Source of the DNA: Acidobacteriota bacterium
GTDB taxonomy: Bacteria; Acidobacteriota; Thermoanaerobaculia; Multivoradales; JAHZIX01
Length of the DNA stretch: 64,000 nt
Direction of reading: 5' to 3'
NCBI GenBank assembly: GCA_034211275.1
Contig: JAXHTF010000010.1
Location: 6,808 to 70,807, forward strand
This document shows, one piece after another, positions 10,149-19,201 of this stretch. A model generated the notes under the pieces. The model saw only the letters and a list, made by a program, of their open reading frames with translations. It was not told the origin of the DNA and made no database searches. Within the stretch, counting starts at the first letter, position 1, and each line of letters opens with the position of its first letter. Position numbers and translations under genes: made by a program.

Positions 10149-13070
10149 TCATGACGAGGGCCGGTTTGCCCCCGAGCTATTGGCGTCGCCGAGCAGCAGC
10201 AGGCCGGCCCAGCTCACCGCCGGGAACCTGGATTGCACGGAGGCCAAAGCCCGACGGTGGGCCAGAGGGATCGCATCCCCTGCCGCCAGACGCTGATAGA
10301 AGCTGCGATTGAAGCCCTCCGCCACCGCATCCTCCAGGTCCCAACGGCTGCCGATGACCCAGGTCACCCCGAGCCGGCTGAGCAAGCCGGCGACGCCGTA
10401 TCGGCCGCTGTCGGCGGTGGTGGGCCAGCGTCCGGTTTGGCAGCCGCTGAGATTGGCGAAGCGGAATCCCGTGGGTAGCTCCGCCAGCTCCACCAGCGGC
10501 AGCGGCCGGTCCGCCAGCTGGATTGCCGAGAGCTCCGGAAATGCCGAGTCATAGAGCCCGTGGGCGTCCACGTGCAGCCAGGCCGCCGCCGGCAGGGCGG
10601 CTCGGAAGGCCTCGGCGGTGGCCTCGCGCCCGGCCAGCACCCGGGCCTCCGGGAAGAGTTGACGATAGGTGGCCAGCAGGCCGCCGGCGCCCGCCAGGTC
10701 GCCGCGGGGATCGACCACGAAGACCGGCCGCGGAGCGCCCTCGGGCAGCGGCCGATCATCCTGGGCTGGACGCGCCGGGCTCGATGGTCGGGTGCCCGCC
10801 GGTCGCAGCACCACGGTGGTCGTGCTCGCGAACCAGCGAGGCCCGTCTTCGGTCCCGCCGTCGTCGGCGCTCGTGCCGGCATCGAGCACCGGCAACGCCC
10901 CCAGGGGCACGGTCTGGAGCAGCCCATGGAGGGCGAAGGTGAGGGGCTCGCCGGAGCTTTCCCGGTCGGCTGCTCCCCGGGGTAGAAGGGCTCTTGCCAA
11001 GGGGGTCACCAGCTGCCGCCACGCACCATCGTCCAGGTCCCGGCGGGAGAGTGCTTGCTCGATGCGTCCGGTGATCTGTACCAGGTGCTCGCGGGGTAAA
11101 TCCGTTCGTTTTTCCACCTTTACCGAGCCGTCGTGGAGGCGGTGGAGCAAGAGGATCTCATCCTCGAGGGCCACTGCGCGGAAATCGAGGCCGTTCTCCT
11201 GACGGTCCGGGGCTCGCCGGCACCCGGGCCACTGGCGCCACAGTTGACTCAAACGCTCCTGGAGCTGGCGCCGAATGGACTCCGCCTGCTCCCGCCGCTG
11301 TCCTGCCGCCGGCGTGGCCAGCTCCACCAGCTGCTGCATCAACAGGCGGGATTCGGTCTCGATCTCGTCCCAGCGCCGGAGGATCTCCGGGTCCTCTGCC
11401 TGCTCTCGACAGCGGCGTCGTTCGCTCTCGTCGGCGCTCAGCAGGTCGAGGCGGGCCAGCAGCTCCCAGGCGGCCTCGGGAGAGCCGCGTTCGACTTCCA
11501 GTCGCGCTGCCCGGGCAAAGTCGTCGGCGCGCTGGCCGGGGGCCAGGGAGAGCTGCTGATCGATGTCCTCGGGCTGACCGAACTCATGGCGCAGCAGGGC
11601 TTGATCGAACGCCCAGGCGGCGCGCTCCAGGTCGCCGGCTCGGCGATGAGCGCGGCCCAAGCAGCTCAGCGCCCAGGCCGAGAGCTGCGGATCGTTGCCG
11701 CCGGCGAGCTCGCCGCACAGGGCCACGGCGCGCTCCAGAACGCCGTTGTCCAGGGCGGCGACCCCCCGCACCAGCCCGGCCCAGTCGAGCAGCCGGCCCA
11801 CGCCTTCGCCCCGCAGGTCTTCTCCGTCGAGATCCCCGTCGTCGTGCTGCTCGCCATCTGGATGCTGTTGCCCCAGCAGACCTTCGGCCCGCTGCAGCTC
11901 CGCTGCCGGAGAGTGCCCCTGACGCACCCGCAGATAGGCGAGGTTGATCCATTGGTTGGCTACCTCCAGCGGGTAGCGGGATTCGTCCAGAACGTCGAGG
12001 CCGGCGAGGAGATTGGTCTCCGCCTTCTGCAGCTCCCTTTCCAAGGCGTAGGGATCGAGGAGGATCAGCCAGGCCAGCTCACCCCGGGCGTGAGCCAGCA
12101 GATCCTCGTCGCAGGGCATGGTGGCGCAATCGGAGATGGCCATGGACAGACGTTGGACCGCTTCCCCCCGGGAGCCGACCTGGGTCAGGATCGCCGCCTG
12201 CTGCACGGTGACCAGGAAGCGATTCGGGTCGGCGATGCGCCGGTACCGCTGCTCCGCCTGCAAGAGGAAAGTCCAGGCATCCCCCAGCCGCTGTTCGGCG
12301 TCGAGGGCGAAGAGAGCTCTCTGATACGCCGCCTGGGCGCCGCGGGCGCTGGTCTCCGGCGTCGCCAGCCACGGGGGCAAGGCGTCGAGCCGGCGCCGGG
12401 CCTCGTCCAGAGCTCGGGGACTGCCGTCGAGGGTCAGAAAGTGCACCAGGATCAGGTCGAGGCGTACCTCCAGCAGCGGCCATCCGGCCTCTTGGGCACG
12501 CTTCGACAGCCCGTCCAGCTGCTCCGCCAGCCGGAAGACATCGGTCCGATAGGAAGCAGCGAGGACTTCGTCTAACTCCTCGACCAGGCGTCGGTGCTGC
12601 GGACCGTCACCGGAGAAGAGCAAGGACCTGCAGGGGAGACGGAAACGGCGGTCGTCGAAGCGGTCCACCAGCTCGCCGCACAGCTCGACCCGGCCGGAGG
12701 CCGCTGCTTCCGGCGGTGGCAGGGCATCGAAGCAGAGGGTGCGCCCCATGCGGGCGGTGGCGGGCTGGAAGCCGTCCGGAGACGGTCGCCGGCCGAAGTC
12801 GAGCCGTGCCTCCCAGCGCGAGGTGTCGGTGGCCGGATCCACCTCGAGACAGAGCCCCAAGGGCTGCTCGGCATTCAACGCCACCGGCATTGCCTGCCCA
12901 TCGTCGAGGAGCCGTACTTCCTCGTGGCCTCGGAGTACCGTCGGCAGCTGGAGCGGCTCACCGTCACCGCAGCCCAAGAGCAGGGCCGTCAGACCGAGAC
13001 AGCCGGCGGCGAGCAGCCCCGGGCGGCCAACGGTGGGGCGCGGAGAGCCGGTTTGCGGACCATCCTTCAT
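10149..13070 (-). CDS. TPR-CHAT protein: lipoprotein with TPR-like helical repeats and a C-terminal CHAT (caspase-like) protease domain
   Basis: Start ATG 13070 overlaps the sigma stop (ATGA). Lipobox LTALLLGCG. The C-terminal CHAT signature has a His dyad WLHVDAHG and catalytic Cys FANLSGCQTG. The long central helical region has TPR-like periodicity. Confidence 0.75.
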   Translation of the reverse strand: MKDGPQTGSPRPTVGRPGLLAAGCLGLTALLLGCGDGEPLQLPTVLRGHEEVRLLDDGQAMPVALNAEQPLGLCLEVDPATDTSRWEARLDFGRRPSPDGFQPATARMGRTLCFDALPPPEAAASGRVELCGELVDRFDDRRFRLPCRSLLFSGDGPQHRRLVEELDEVLAASYRTDVFRLAEQLDGLSKRAQEAGWPLLEVRLDLILVHFLTLDGSPRALDEARRRLDALPPWLATPETSARGAQAAYQRALFALDAEQRLGDAWTFLLQAEQRYRRIADPNRFLVTVQQAAILTQVGSRGEAVQRLSMAISDCATMPCDEDLLAHARGELAWLILLDPYALERELQKAETNLLAGLDVLDESRYPLEVANQWINLAYLRVRQGHSPAAELQRAEGLLGQQHPDGEQHDDGDLDGEDLRGEGVGRLLDWAGLVRGVAALDNGVLERAVALCGELAGGNDPQLSAWALSCLGRAHRRAGDLERAAWAFDQALLRHEFGQPEDIDQQLSLAPGQRADDFARAARLEVERGSPEAAWELLARLDLLSADESERRRCREQAEDPEILRRWDEIETESRLLMQQLVELATPAAGQRREQAESIRRQLQERLSQLWRQWPGCRRAPDRQENGLDFRAVALEDEILLLHRLHDGSVKVEKRTDLPREHLVQITGRIEQALSRRDLDDGAWRQLVTPLARALLPRGAADRESSGEPLTFALHGLLQTVPLGALPVLDAGTSADDGGTEDGPRWFASTTTVVLRPAGTRPSSPARPAQDDRPLPEGAPRPVFVVDPRGDLAGAGGLLATYRQLFPEARVLAGREATAEAFRAALPAAAWLHVDAHGLYDSAFPELSAIQLADRPLPLVELAELPTGFRFANLSGCQTGRWPTTADSGRYGVAGLLSRLGVTWVIGSRWDLEDAVAEGFNRSFYQRLAAGDAIPLAHRRALASVQSRFPAVSWAGLLLLGDANSSGANRPSS

Positions 13071-13672
13071 CGATCGATACCCAGCAGGTCGGCGCAATGC
13101 TCGACGGCTTCGTTGAGGGCCTGCTTGAGTTTGTACGTGGCCTTGCGAGACCAGCCGGTGGTGTCGGCGACCTCCTGCGGGGCCAGGCCGTCTCGATAGC
13201 GCAGCTTGTAGTAGAGGTACACTCGCCGGTTGCCGCCACGCAGGCATTCGTCCAGGCGCAGCAGCGCGTCGCGGTCGATGGATTGGCGTTCGGCGTTGGG
13301 GCGTGGGGAGGTGGTGCGCACCTCGTCGATGGGCTCGACGGTGCGCAGCGCGGCGGACCGGCGCCGATTGCTGGCGATGCCGCAGGCTAGATCCCAGAGA
13401 TGGCGCAGCAGAGCCGCCCGGGTCTGGGCGTCCGGCGGGGTGCGCTCGAGGAAATCCCGGAGCACCTTGGCCTCACGCTGGAAGTAGAAGAGGAAGGCAT
13501 CCTGCAGCAGGTCGTCGGGGTCCAGGCCGCCCGGATAGCCGTAGCGGTGGCGTAGACGGACGAAGAGATCCTCCGAAAAGGTGTCGAAGAGCCAGGCGGC
13601 GGCGGAGCGATCCCCGTCCGTGATGCCCGTCAGCTGTCGATGAACTTCCATCGTTTCGTCGTCCTGGCTCAT
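13067..13672 (-). CDS. ECF (sigma-24/sigma-70 family) RNA polymerase sigma factor
   Basis: 201 aa. Region 2 (DLLQDAFLFYF) and region 4 HTH (LAPQEVADTTGWSRKATYKLKQAL). Its stop overlaps the CHAT start. Confidence 0.85.
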   Translation of the reverse strand: MSQDDETMEVHRQLTGITDGDRSAAAWLFDTFSEDLFVRLRHRYGYPGGLDPDDLLQDAFLFYFQREAKVLRDFLERTPPDAQTRAALLRHLWDLACGIASNRRRSAALRTVEPIDEVRTTSPRPNAERQSIDRDALLRLDECLRGGNRRVYLYYKLRYRDGLAPQEVADTTGWSRKATYKLKQALNEAVEHCADLLGIDR

Positions 13673-14468
13673 TGCTCCTTTCCGATGCCCGATACGCCGG
13701 TTCTGGTTGCGTGCAGGAGGGCCGCAAGGAGCTCCTCCATGCCATCCGTTCGCTGCATGGAAGTCGTTACTCTACACAGGAAACTTGCCGGCGGCGGCGC
13801 GCTGCATTTCCGCCACCGCGCAGTCCATCCCCGATCCAGAGGATATGCCATCCCCGCGGGCGATGAAGCCCCCGGTCTTTCCTGACCCTCCACCGGCCTG
13901 ACCGTTGCCGTCAGCCGTCTTCGTTCGGCCGTTTGCCGTCTTCATCGGAGGCCGTCGGTAAGCCTTGCAATCGTTCTGTAGAGTTTTCGCGTAGCCTTTC
14001 ATAGATACTTATGCTAAAATACACATTGTTGGCTATGTATCTAGAGCTAACTATCCTCGGGCTATTCGGGCTCTTGGGTAGCACTACCGCTCAGATTGAG
14101 AAAGGAGATGGATTGTGTACGAGCTCTGGAAGACCACTCTTGCCCTGACAGCCTTCGGTTGTTGCTCGCTGGCCTTGGCGGCTCCCGCCTTGGATTCGGT
14201 GCCGACGCCGCATGCCGTCGAGGCCACCGACAGTGTTCGGTGCGCCGGAGGGCACTATGGTGCCGGCGTCGATCCTGACGGCTAGTCGTCGTTAGGGTCG
14301 GGCTCAGGGCGTTCCGGGCAGGGCCCACCGGAAGCCTGCCCTGAGCCCATGCCGGAATGACCGTCAGCATGGGGTAAACTCCCTGAAAACGTAGAAGCTA
14401 GAATCGTTCAGTCAGCGCCCGCTCGCGGCACTCAGCTGCGGCAGGGGAAAACGGGGGGAGGAACTTTC

Positions 14469-15986
14469 TTGAAGGGTCAGCAGCATAGGCATCTCAGCCT
14501 CGCAACCTGGGAACGCCTCGCTTCATATCTGGAGCGTCATGTCACGCCCTCGACTGCAGCCCCCCTGCTGCATCTAGTGCAGCGATGCGAAGTCTGTGCC
14601 ACTCTGCTCGAAACACGGCCCCCGGCTCTCGCCGTGGGAGCCGCCGATGGAGACCACTTTGACGACGACTCCATGGCGGATTTGATCTGGAAGCTCTTGC
14701 AGGAGGCCGATCCTGAGGCCGCGGCGGCGGTGCGCGATCTCTGTGGGTTGTGCGAGCGTTGCGACAGCCTTCTCGGCCGCTTCTTCTTCCGCAGCCCGGT
14801 GAACCGGCCCGAGCCCAATCGCAAAGCGTTGCAGCACCGCGTGCAACGCCTGGTGCGCAACTGGCTCACCGACAACCAGCAGGAACGGGAAGTGGCGATG
14901 CGTTTGACCCGCGAGCTGGTCAGCCATCCGCCGGCCCGGCGTCAGCTCTTGGTGCGCAACAGCGAGACCTACCGCACCTGGGCGGTGTGCGGCGAGCTGT
15001 GCGAGATCAGCCGCCGGCTGGCCCCCCAGAGTCCCCGGGATTCGGTGGAAGCGGCGGAGCTGGCGGTGCAGGTGGCAGAGCTCATCGATCCCGTCGCCTA
15101 CGGACCGGACATCCTGGAGGACATCCGCGCCACCGCCCAGGCGTTTCGGGGCAACTCCTTGCGGGTGCTGGGAGATCTGCGCTCCGCCGACGGCGCTTTC
15201 ATCGCTGCCCGCCGCCACCTCGCCGCCGGCAGTGGTGCCGGGGTGGCCCGCATCCAGGTGGCGGAGTTGGAGTCGAGCCTGCGGGCGGCTCAAGGGCGCA
15301 CGGAGGCAGCGTTGGCGCTGCTCGACGAAGTGCTGACGCTCTGCCGGCGCTATGGCGACTCCCACCGCCAGGGCCGCAACCTGATCAAACGGGCGGAGAT
15401 TTGCCGCATGGCCGGCCGGGTGGTGGAGGCGGTGGAGATGCTGGAAGCCTCCCGGGACGTCATCGATTCCTCCCTCGAGCCCCGTCTGGAGTTCATCATC
15501 GAGCACACCCTGTGCTTTTGCCTCATCGAACTCGGCCGATTCGACGAGGCCGCCCGGCTCTTGCCCGACGCGCGGCGTTTGGCGGCGTCGGTGGGGAAGT
15601 ACCTCGATGGCGTCAAGGTGGAGTGGTTGGGGGCGAAGATCGACGCTGCCCGCGGCCGAGCGGCGGCGGCGGCCATGAGCCTGCGGGAAGTGCGCGATGC
15701 GTTTTTGGCCGCCGGCGTCGGCTTCGATGCAGCTCTGGCATCCCTCGAGCTCTCGGTGCTGTACCTGGAACGGGGGATGACCGAGCAGGTGAAGAAGTTG
15801 GCTCGGGAGATGCTGCCGCTCTTCGACAGCAGCGACCTGCATCGGGAAGCCATGGCGGCCCTCATCGTCTTCCAGAAGGCTGCGCTCATGGACCAAGCCA
15901 GCGTCGGCATCGCCCTGGAGGTGCAGGAATTCCTCAGCCGGGCTCGGCGGGACCGCTGCCTGTCCTTCCGCGGCGAGAGCTCTTAA
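14469..15986 (+). CDS. hypothetical protein with N-terminal anti-sigma-domain-like segment and C-terminal TPR-like helical domain
   Basis: TTG start preceded by GGGGGGAGGAA. N-terminus LASYLERHV...LLHLVQRCEVC resembles an anti-sigma domain (LxxYLdgeL...HxxxxCxxC), but the spacing is H-x4-C-x2-C rather than the canonical H-x3-C-x2-C. The remainder is helical and repeat-like. Divergently transcribed from the ECF sigma operon. Confidence 0.45.
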   Translation: MKGQQHRHLSLATWERLASYLERHVTPSTAAPLLHLVQRCEVCATLLETRPPALAVGAADGDHFDDDSMADLIWKLLQEADPEAAAAVRDLCGLCERCDSLLGRFFFRSPVNRPEPNRKALQHRVQRLVRNWLTDNQQEREVAMRLTRELVSHPPARRQLLVRNSETYRTWAVCGELCEISRRLAPQSPRDSVEAAELAVQVAELIDPVAYGPDILEDIRATAQAFRGNSLRVLGDLRSADGAFIAARRHLAAGSGAGVARIQVAELESSLRAAQGRTEAALALLDEVLTLCRRYGDSHRQGRNLIKRAEICRMAGRVVEAVEMLEASRDVIDSSLEPRLEFIIEHTLCFCLIELGRFDEAARLLPDARRLAASVGKYLDGVKVEWLGAKIDAARGRAAAAAMSLREVRDAFLAAGVGFDAALASLELSVLYLERGMTEQVKKLAREMLPLFDSSDLHREAMAALIVFQKAALMDQASVGIALEVQEFLSRARRDRCLSFRGESS

Positions 15987-16056
15987 GGGCGCTGAGCTCT
16001 CGGTCGCGTTCCACGTCGCTGCGCCCGGGCCGGCGATCGATGGCAAAATAGGCTCC

Positions 16057-17373
16057 ATGAGAGCTGAAAAAGATTCCGATCCAGGCCTTCCGGGGCGCTT
16101 CCGGCGTCGCTGGGACGCGCTTTCCCCGGTAGGTTCTTGGAGCATCGCGGTCTGGGGCGCCGCGGCGCTCCTCGCCGTCCTCCTCGCCGCCCTCTTCCCG
16201 GCGGGCTCGATGTTCGCGGCGGAAGCCGGGGCTACCTGGCACCTCGACCTCGCCGAGACCGAGCTGCCGGAGGCGCCGGGCATCACTCACACCCATTGGA
16301 CGCTGCAGCGGCCGCCCGGCGGCGACTACGACCGCATCGGCGTCCATCGCTACCGCGCGGCCGAGACCTCCGAGCCGAGCGATGCGTCCCCGGATAGCGG
16401 ACAGGTTCTCTTCTACCTTCCCGGCACCTTCATGCACGGAGCGCCCAGCGGGCTGAGCGAGAGCTACGACCCGTGGCTCTTCCTGGCCCGCCGTGGGGTG
16501 GAGGTCTTCACCCTCGACTATCGGACCCACGCGGTGCCGGTGGCGGCGGAGGATCTGAGCCCCCTGGCGGCCTGGGGCGTCGACCTCTTCGCCGAGGACG
16601 TGCACTCGGGGGTGCGCTGGGCTCTGGAGCAGAGTGGTGTCTCGTCCCTCTTCGTCGCCGGCTTCAGCCGCGGTGCCGGCTTCGCCTACGGTCAGGCCGC
16701 CGCCCATCCGGAGACGGTGGCGGGCATCGTGGCCCTCGACGGCTATTTCAAGAGCTGCGCTGGGCCGGCCAGCAGCGAAGACGGAGAGCTCGAACAACGG
16801 CTGGAGGCCTGGCGCGCCACCGGCGATTGGGCCTCCGACGTTGCCGGCTCCCGCGGTTGGGAAGCTCGCGCCGCACTCATGGCCCGGGCTTTGGAGGCGT
16901 CGGACGGTGCCCGGGAAGCCTCGGCGCAGGAAAAGCACAGCCAAGTGCTCGCCCAGGTGCTGTTCAAAGCCTGGGGGCCCGGAGTCTTGGCCCACCCCCG
17001 GGAGGTTTCTCCCCGGGGGGTGTCCCGGGCGCCGGTGCTGGCGGAGCTGATGGACGACTACGATCGCTATTACCCGAAGGTCCAGGATCTCGAAGCCCGC
17101 GCCGCCGCGGCGGTGATGGATCATCCGGCCCTCGCCGTGGACGACGGTTGGTCCGAGCTGCGCAAGCCGGTGATCTTCTTCGGCTCTACCGGGATGGGTT
17201 CCGAGTTCCTCCTCGGCGGTGTGCACTCTGCCGCCCACGTTGGCGGTCCGCGGGCGCAAATCCACGTGCTGGAAGGCTATGGTCACCTCGATGTGCTGGT
17301 GGCCGAGGAGGCTCGCCAGGAAGTTTTCGAACCGCTGTTGGAATGGCTCCAGGGGCAGTCCACCCAACGATGA
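16057..17373 (+). CDS. secreted alpha/beta hydrolase family protein
   Basis: Hydrophobic signal-like segment (IAVWGAAALLAVLLAALFPAGS). GFSRGAG nucleophile elbow. The C-terminus HVLEGYGHLDV is consistent with a catalytic His region. Confidence 0.55.
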   Translation: MRAEKDSDPGLPGRFRRRWDALSPVGSWSIAVWGAAALLAVLLAALFPAGSMFAAEAGATWHLDLAETELPEAPGITHTHWTLQRPPGGDYDRIGVHRYRAAETSEPSDASPDSGQVLFYLPGTFMHGAPSGLSESYDPWLFLARRGVEVFTLDYRTHAVPVAAEDLSPLAAWGVDLFAEDVHSGVRWALEQSGVSSLFVAGFSRGAGFAYGQAAAHPETVAGIVALDGYFKSCAGPASSEDGELEQRLEAWRATGDWASDVAGSRGWEARAALMARALEASDGAREASAQEKHSQVLAQVLFKAWGPGVLAHPREVSPRGVSRAPVLAELMDDYDRYYPKVQDLEARAAAAVMDHPALAVDDGWSELRKPVIFFGSTGMGSEFLLGGVHSAAHVGGPRAQIHVLEGYGHLDVLVAEEARQEVFEPLLEWLQGQSTQR

Positions 17374-17404
17374 ATCACCCGTGATGAACCCCGAGGAGCT
17401 CACC

Positions 17405-19201
17405 ATGACTCTAGGAGCCCGGTCGTTCCTTTTCCGCCCCCGCTGGGGGCTCTCCCGGGCCCCGGAGCGGGCGCGGTGCGCCGTGCTCACCCTGCTGTTG
17501 GCCGCTCACCTGGGAGTGACGGTGGCGGCGGTGCCGCCGCCGGTGCATGGCCATGGCGGCGCGGTGGCGGCGGAGCACCCCTTGGCGACGGAGGTGGGCC
17601 TGGACGTCCTGCGCGCCGGTGGCAACGCCGCAGACGCCGCGGTGGCTGCGGCCCTGGCGCTGGCGGTGGTCTTTCCCGAGGCGGGCAATCTGGGGGGTGG
17701 CGGCTTCGCCGTGGTGCGCTTCGGCGAGCGGGTGACCAGCCTCGACTTTCGCGAGACGGCTCCCGCCGCCGCCACCGCCGACATGTACCTCGACGAGAGC
17801 GGCGAGCCGGTGCGGGAGCGTTCGTTGGTCGGTCCGCTGGCGGCGGGAGTGCCCGGATCCCCGGCGGGGCTCTTCGAGCTTCACCGCGAGCTCGGCGCCC
17901 TGCCCTGGGCGGTGGTGGTGGAACCGGCACGGCGGCTGGCCCTCCAAGGGTTCGAGGTGGACGAGCACCTGCACCGGGTGCTGGCGAGTCATCGGGCTTT
18001 GCTGGAGCGCTTCCCGGAGAGCGCGGCGGTCTGGCTGCCCGCTGGTGAGCCCCCTCCGGTGGGCTCACGGCTCCGCCTGCCGGATCTTGCCGACACCCTC
18101 AAGGGCTATGCCGAGCACGGTCCCGAGGCCATCCTCAGCGGCCCGGTGGCGAAGGCCGTGGAGGAGGTTTCCCGCCGTCACGGGGGCATCCTCACCGCCG
18201 CCGACCTCGAAGCCTACCGCCCCCATTGGCGTGAGCCGGTGCACTTCCAGGCCTTCGGTTGGGACGTCGCCTCCATGTCCTTGCCGTCCTCCGGTGGCAT
18301 CATCCTGGGGCAGGTCAGCCAGGCCCTCGAGGATTTGGGCTGGTCGGAGATGCCGCGCTTCGGTGCGCAGCGTGCTCACCTGATGACGGAGATGCTGCGC
18401 CGCGCCTACGCTGACCGCTATCTGTTGGGCGATCCCGATACCACCGAGGCGCAGCCCGCGGAGTTACTGGCGCCAGAGCACCTGGCGGCGTGGGGCCGAT
18501 CCTTCGATGCCGGCCAGGCCACCGCCTCCCGCCAGGTGCGTTCCCCGGCCGCCGAGCCGGTGGAAGGCAGCGCCGACACCACCCATCTGTCGGTGATCGA
18601 CGCCGACGGCAACCTGGTGGCCCTCACCACTACCATCAATGGGCTTTTCGGCTGCGGCCTCTATGTGCCGGGGGCGGGCTTCTTCCTCAACAACGAGATG
18701 GACGACTTCGCCGCCGCTCCGGGGCGGCCCAACCTTTTCGGGCTGGTCCAAGGTGAGGCCAACAAAGTGCGCGCCGGCCGGCGCATGCTCTCCTCCATGA
18801 GCCCGACGGTGGCGTGGAACGGCGAGGGTGCGGCGGTGGCCTTGGGGGCCCGCGGCGGCTCGCGCATTCCCACCAACACGCTGCAGGTGCTGCTCCACCT
18901 CATCGTTGACGGCGATGACCTGCAAGAGGCCCAGGCGCGGCCGCGGCTGCATCATCAATGGTTACCGGACCACCTGGAAGCGGAGCCCGACGCCCTGGCG
19001 CCGGAGACCCGGGGCGTGCTCGAAACCTACGGTCACGCTCTCCAGATCAGCGCTCGTACCGCCAAGGTGGTGGCGGTGTGGCGGGGCGAGGAGGGGGAGC
19101 TGGCGGCGGCCACCGACCCCCGCGGCACCGGTGCCGGCGGGGTGCTCGAAGAGCCGCCCGCCGAGGTTGTGGCTGAGGACGACGACTCGGGAGATAGCTA
19201 G
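17405..19201 (+). CDS. ggt: gamma-glutamyltranspeptidase
   Basis: GGT family throughout. The autoprocessing/catalytic Thr is in SADTTHLSVID. Signal peptide after the chosen ATG 17405 (GAGGAG 6 nt upstream). The track ORF starts at 17219 and an alternative ATG lies at 17384. Confidence 0.85.
   Translation: MTLGARSFLFRPRWGLSRAPERARCAVLTLLLAAHLGVTVAAVPPPVHGHGGAVAAEHPLATEVGLDVLRAGGNAADAAVAAALALAVVFPEAGNLGGGGFAVVRFGERVTSLDFRETAPAAATADMYLDESGEPVRERSLVGPLAAGVPGSPAGLFELHRELGALPWAVVVEPARRLALQGFEVDEHLHRVLASHRALLERFPESAAVWLPAGEPPPVGSRLRLPDLADTLKGYAEHGPEAILSGPVAKAVEEVSRRHGGILTAADLEAYRPHWREPVHFQAFGWDVASMSLPSSGGIILGQVSQALEDLGWSEMPRFGAQRAHLMTEMLRRAYADRYLLGDPDTTEAQPAELLAPEHLAAWGRSFDAGQATASRQVRSPAAEPVEGSADTTHLSVIDADGNLVALTTTINGLFGCGLYVPGAGFFLNNEMDDFAAAPGRPNLFGLVQGEANKVRAGRRMLSSMSPTVAWNGEGAAVALGARGGSRIPTNTLQVLLHLIVDGDDLQEAQARPRLHHQWLPDHLEAEPDALAPETRGVLETYGHALQISARTAKVVAVWRGEEGELAAATDPRGTGAGGVLEEPPAEVVAEDDDSGDS

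Noticed and set aside
10364-13390. Multiple 100-480-aa ORFs in other frames across the CHAT gene
   Set aside because: Same high-GC artefact. Only the CHAT frame shows coherent domain architecture and ATGA coupling to the sigma gene.
13930-14110. AT-rich patch that might hide a tRNA or small RNA
   Set aside because: No cloverleaf-compatible sequence or T-loop (GTTCRANYC) motif was found. More likely it is a divergent promoter region for the sigma operon and the 14469 gene, though I could not pin down -35/-10 elements.
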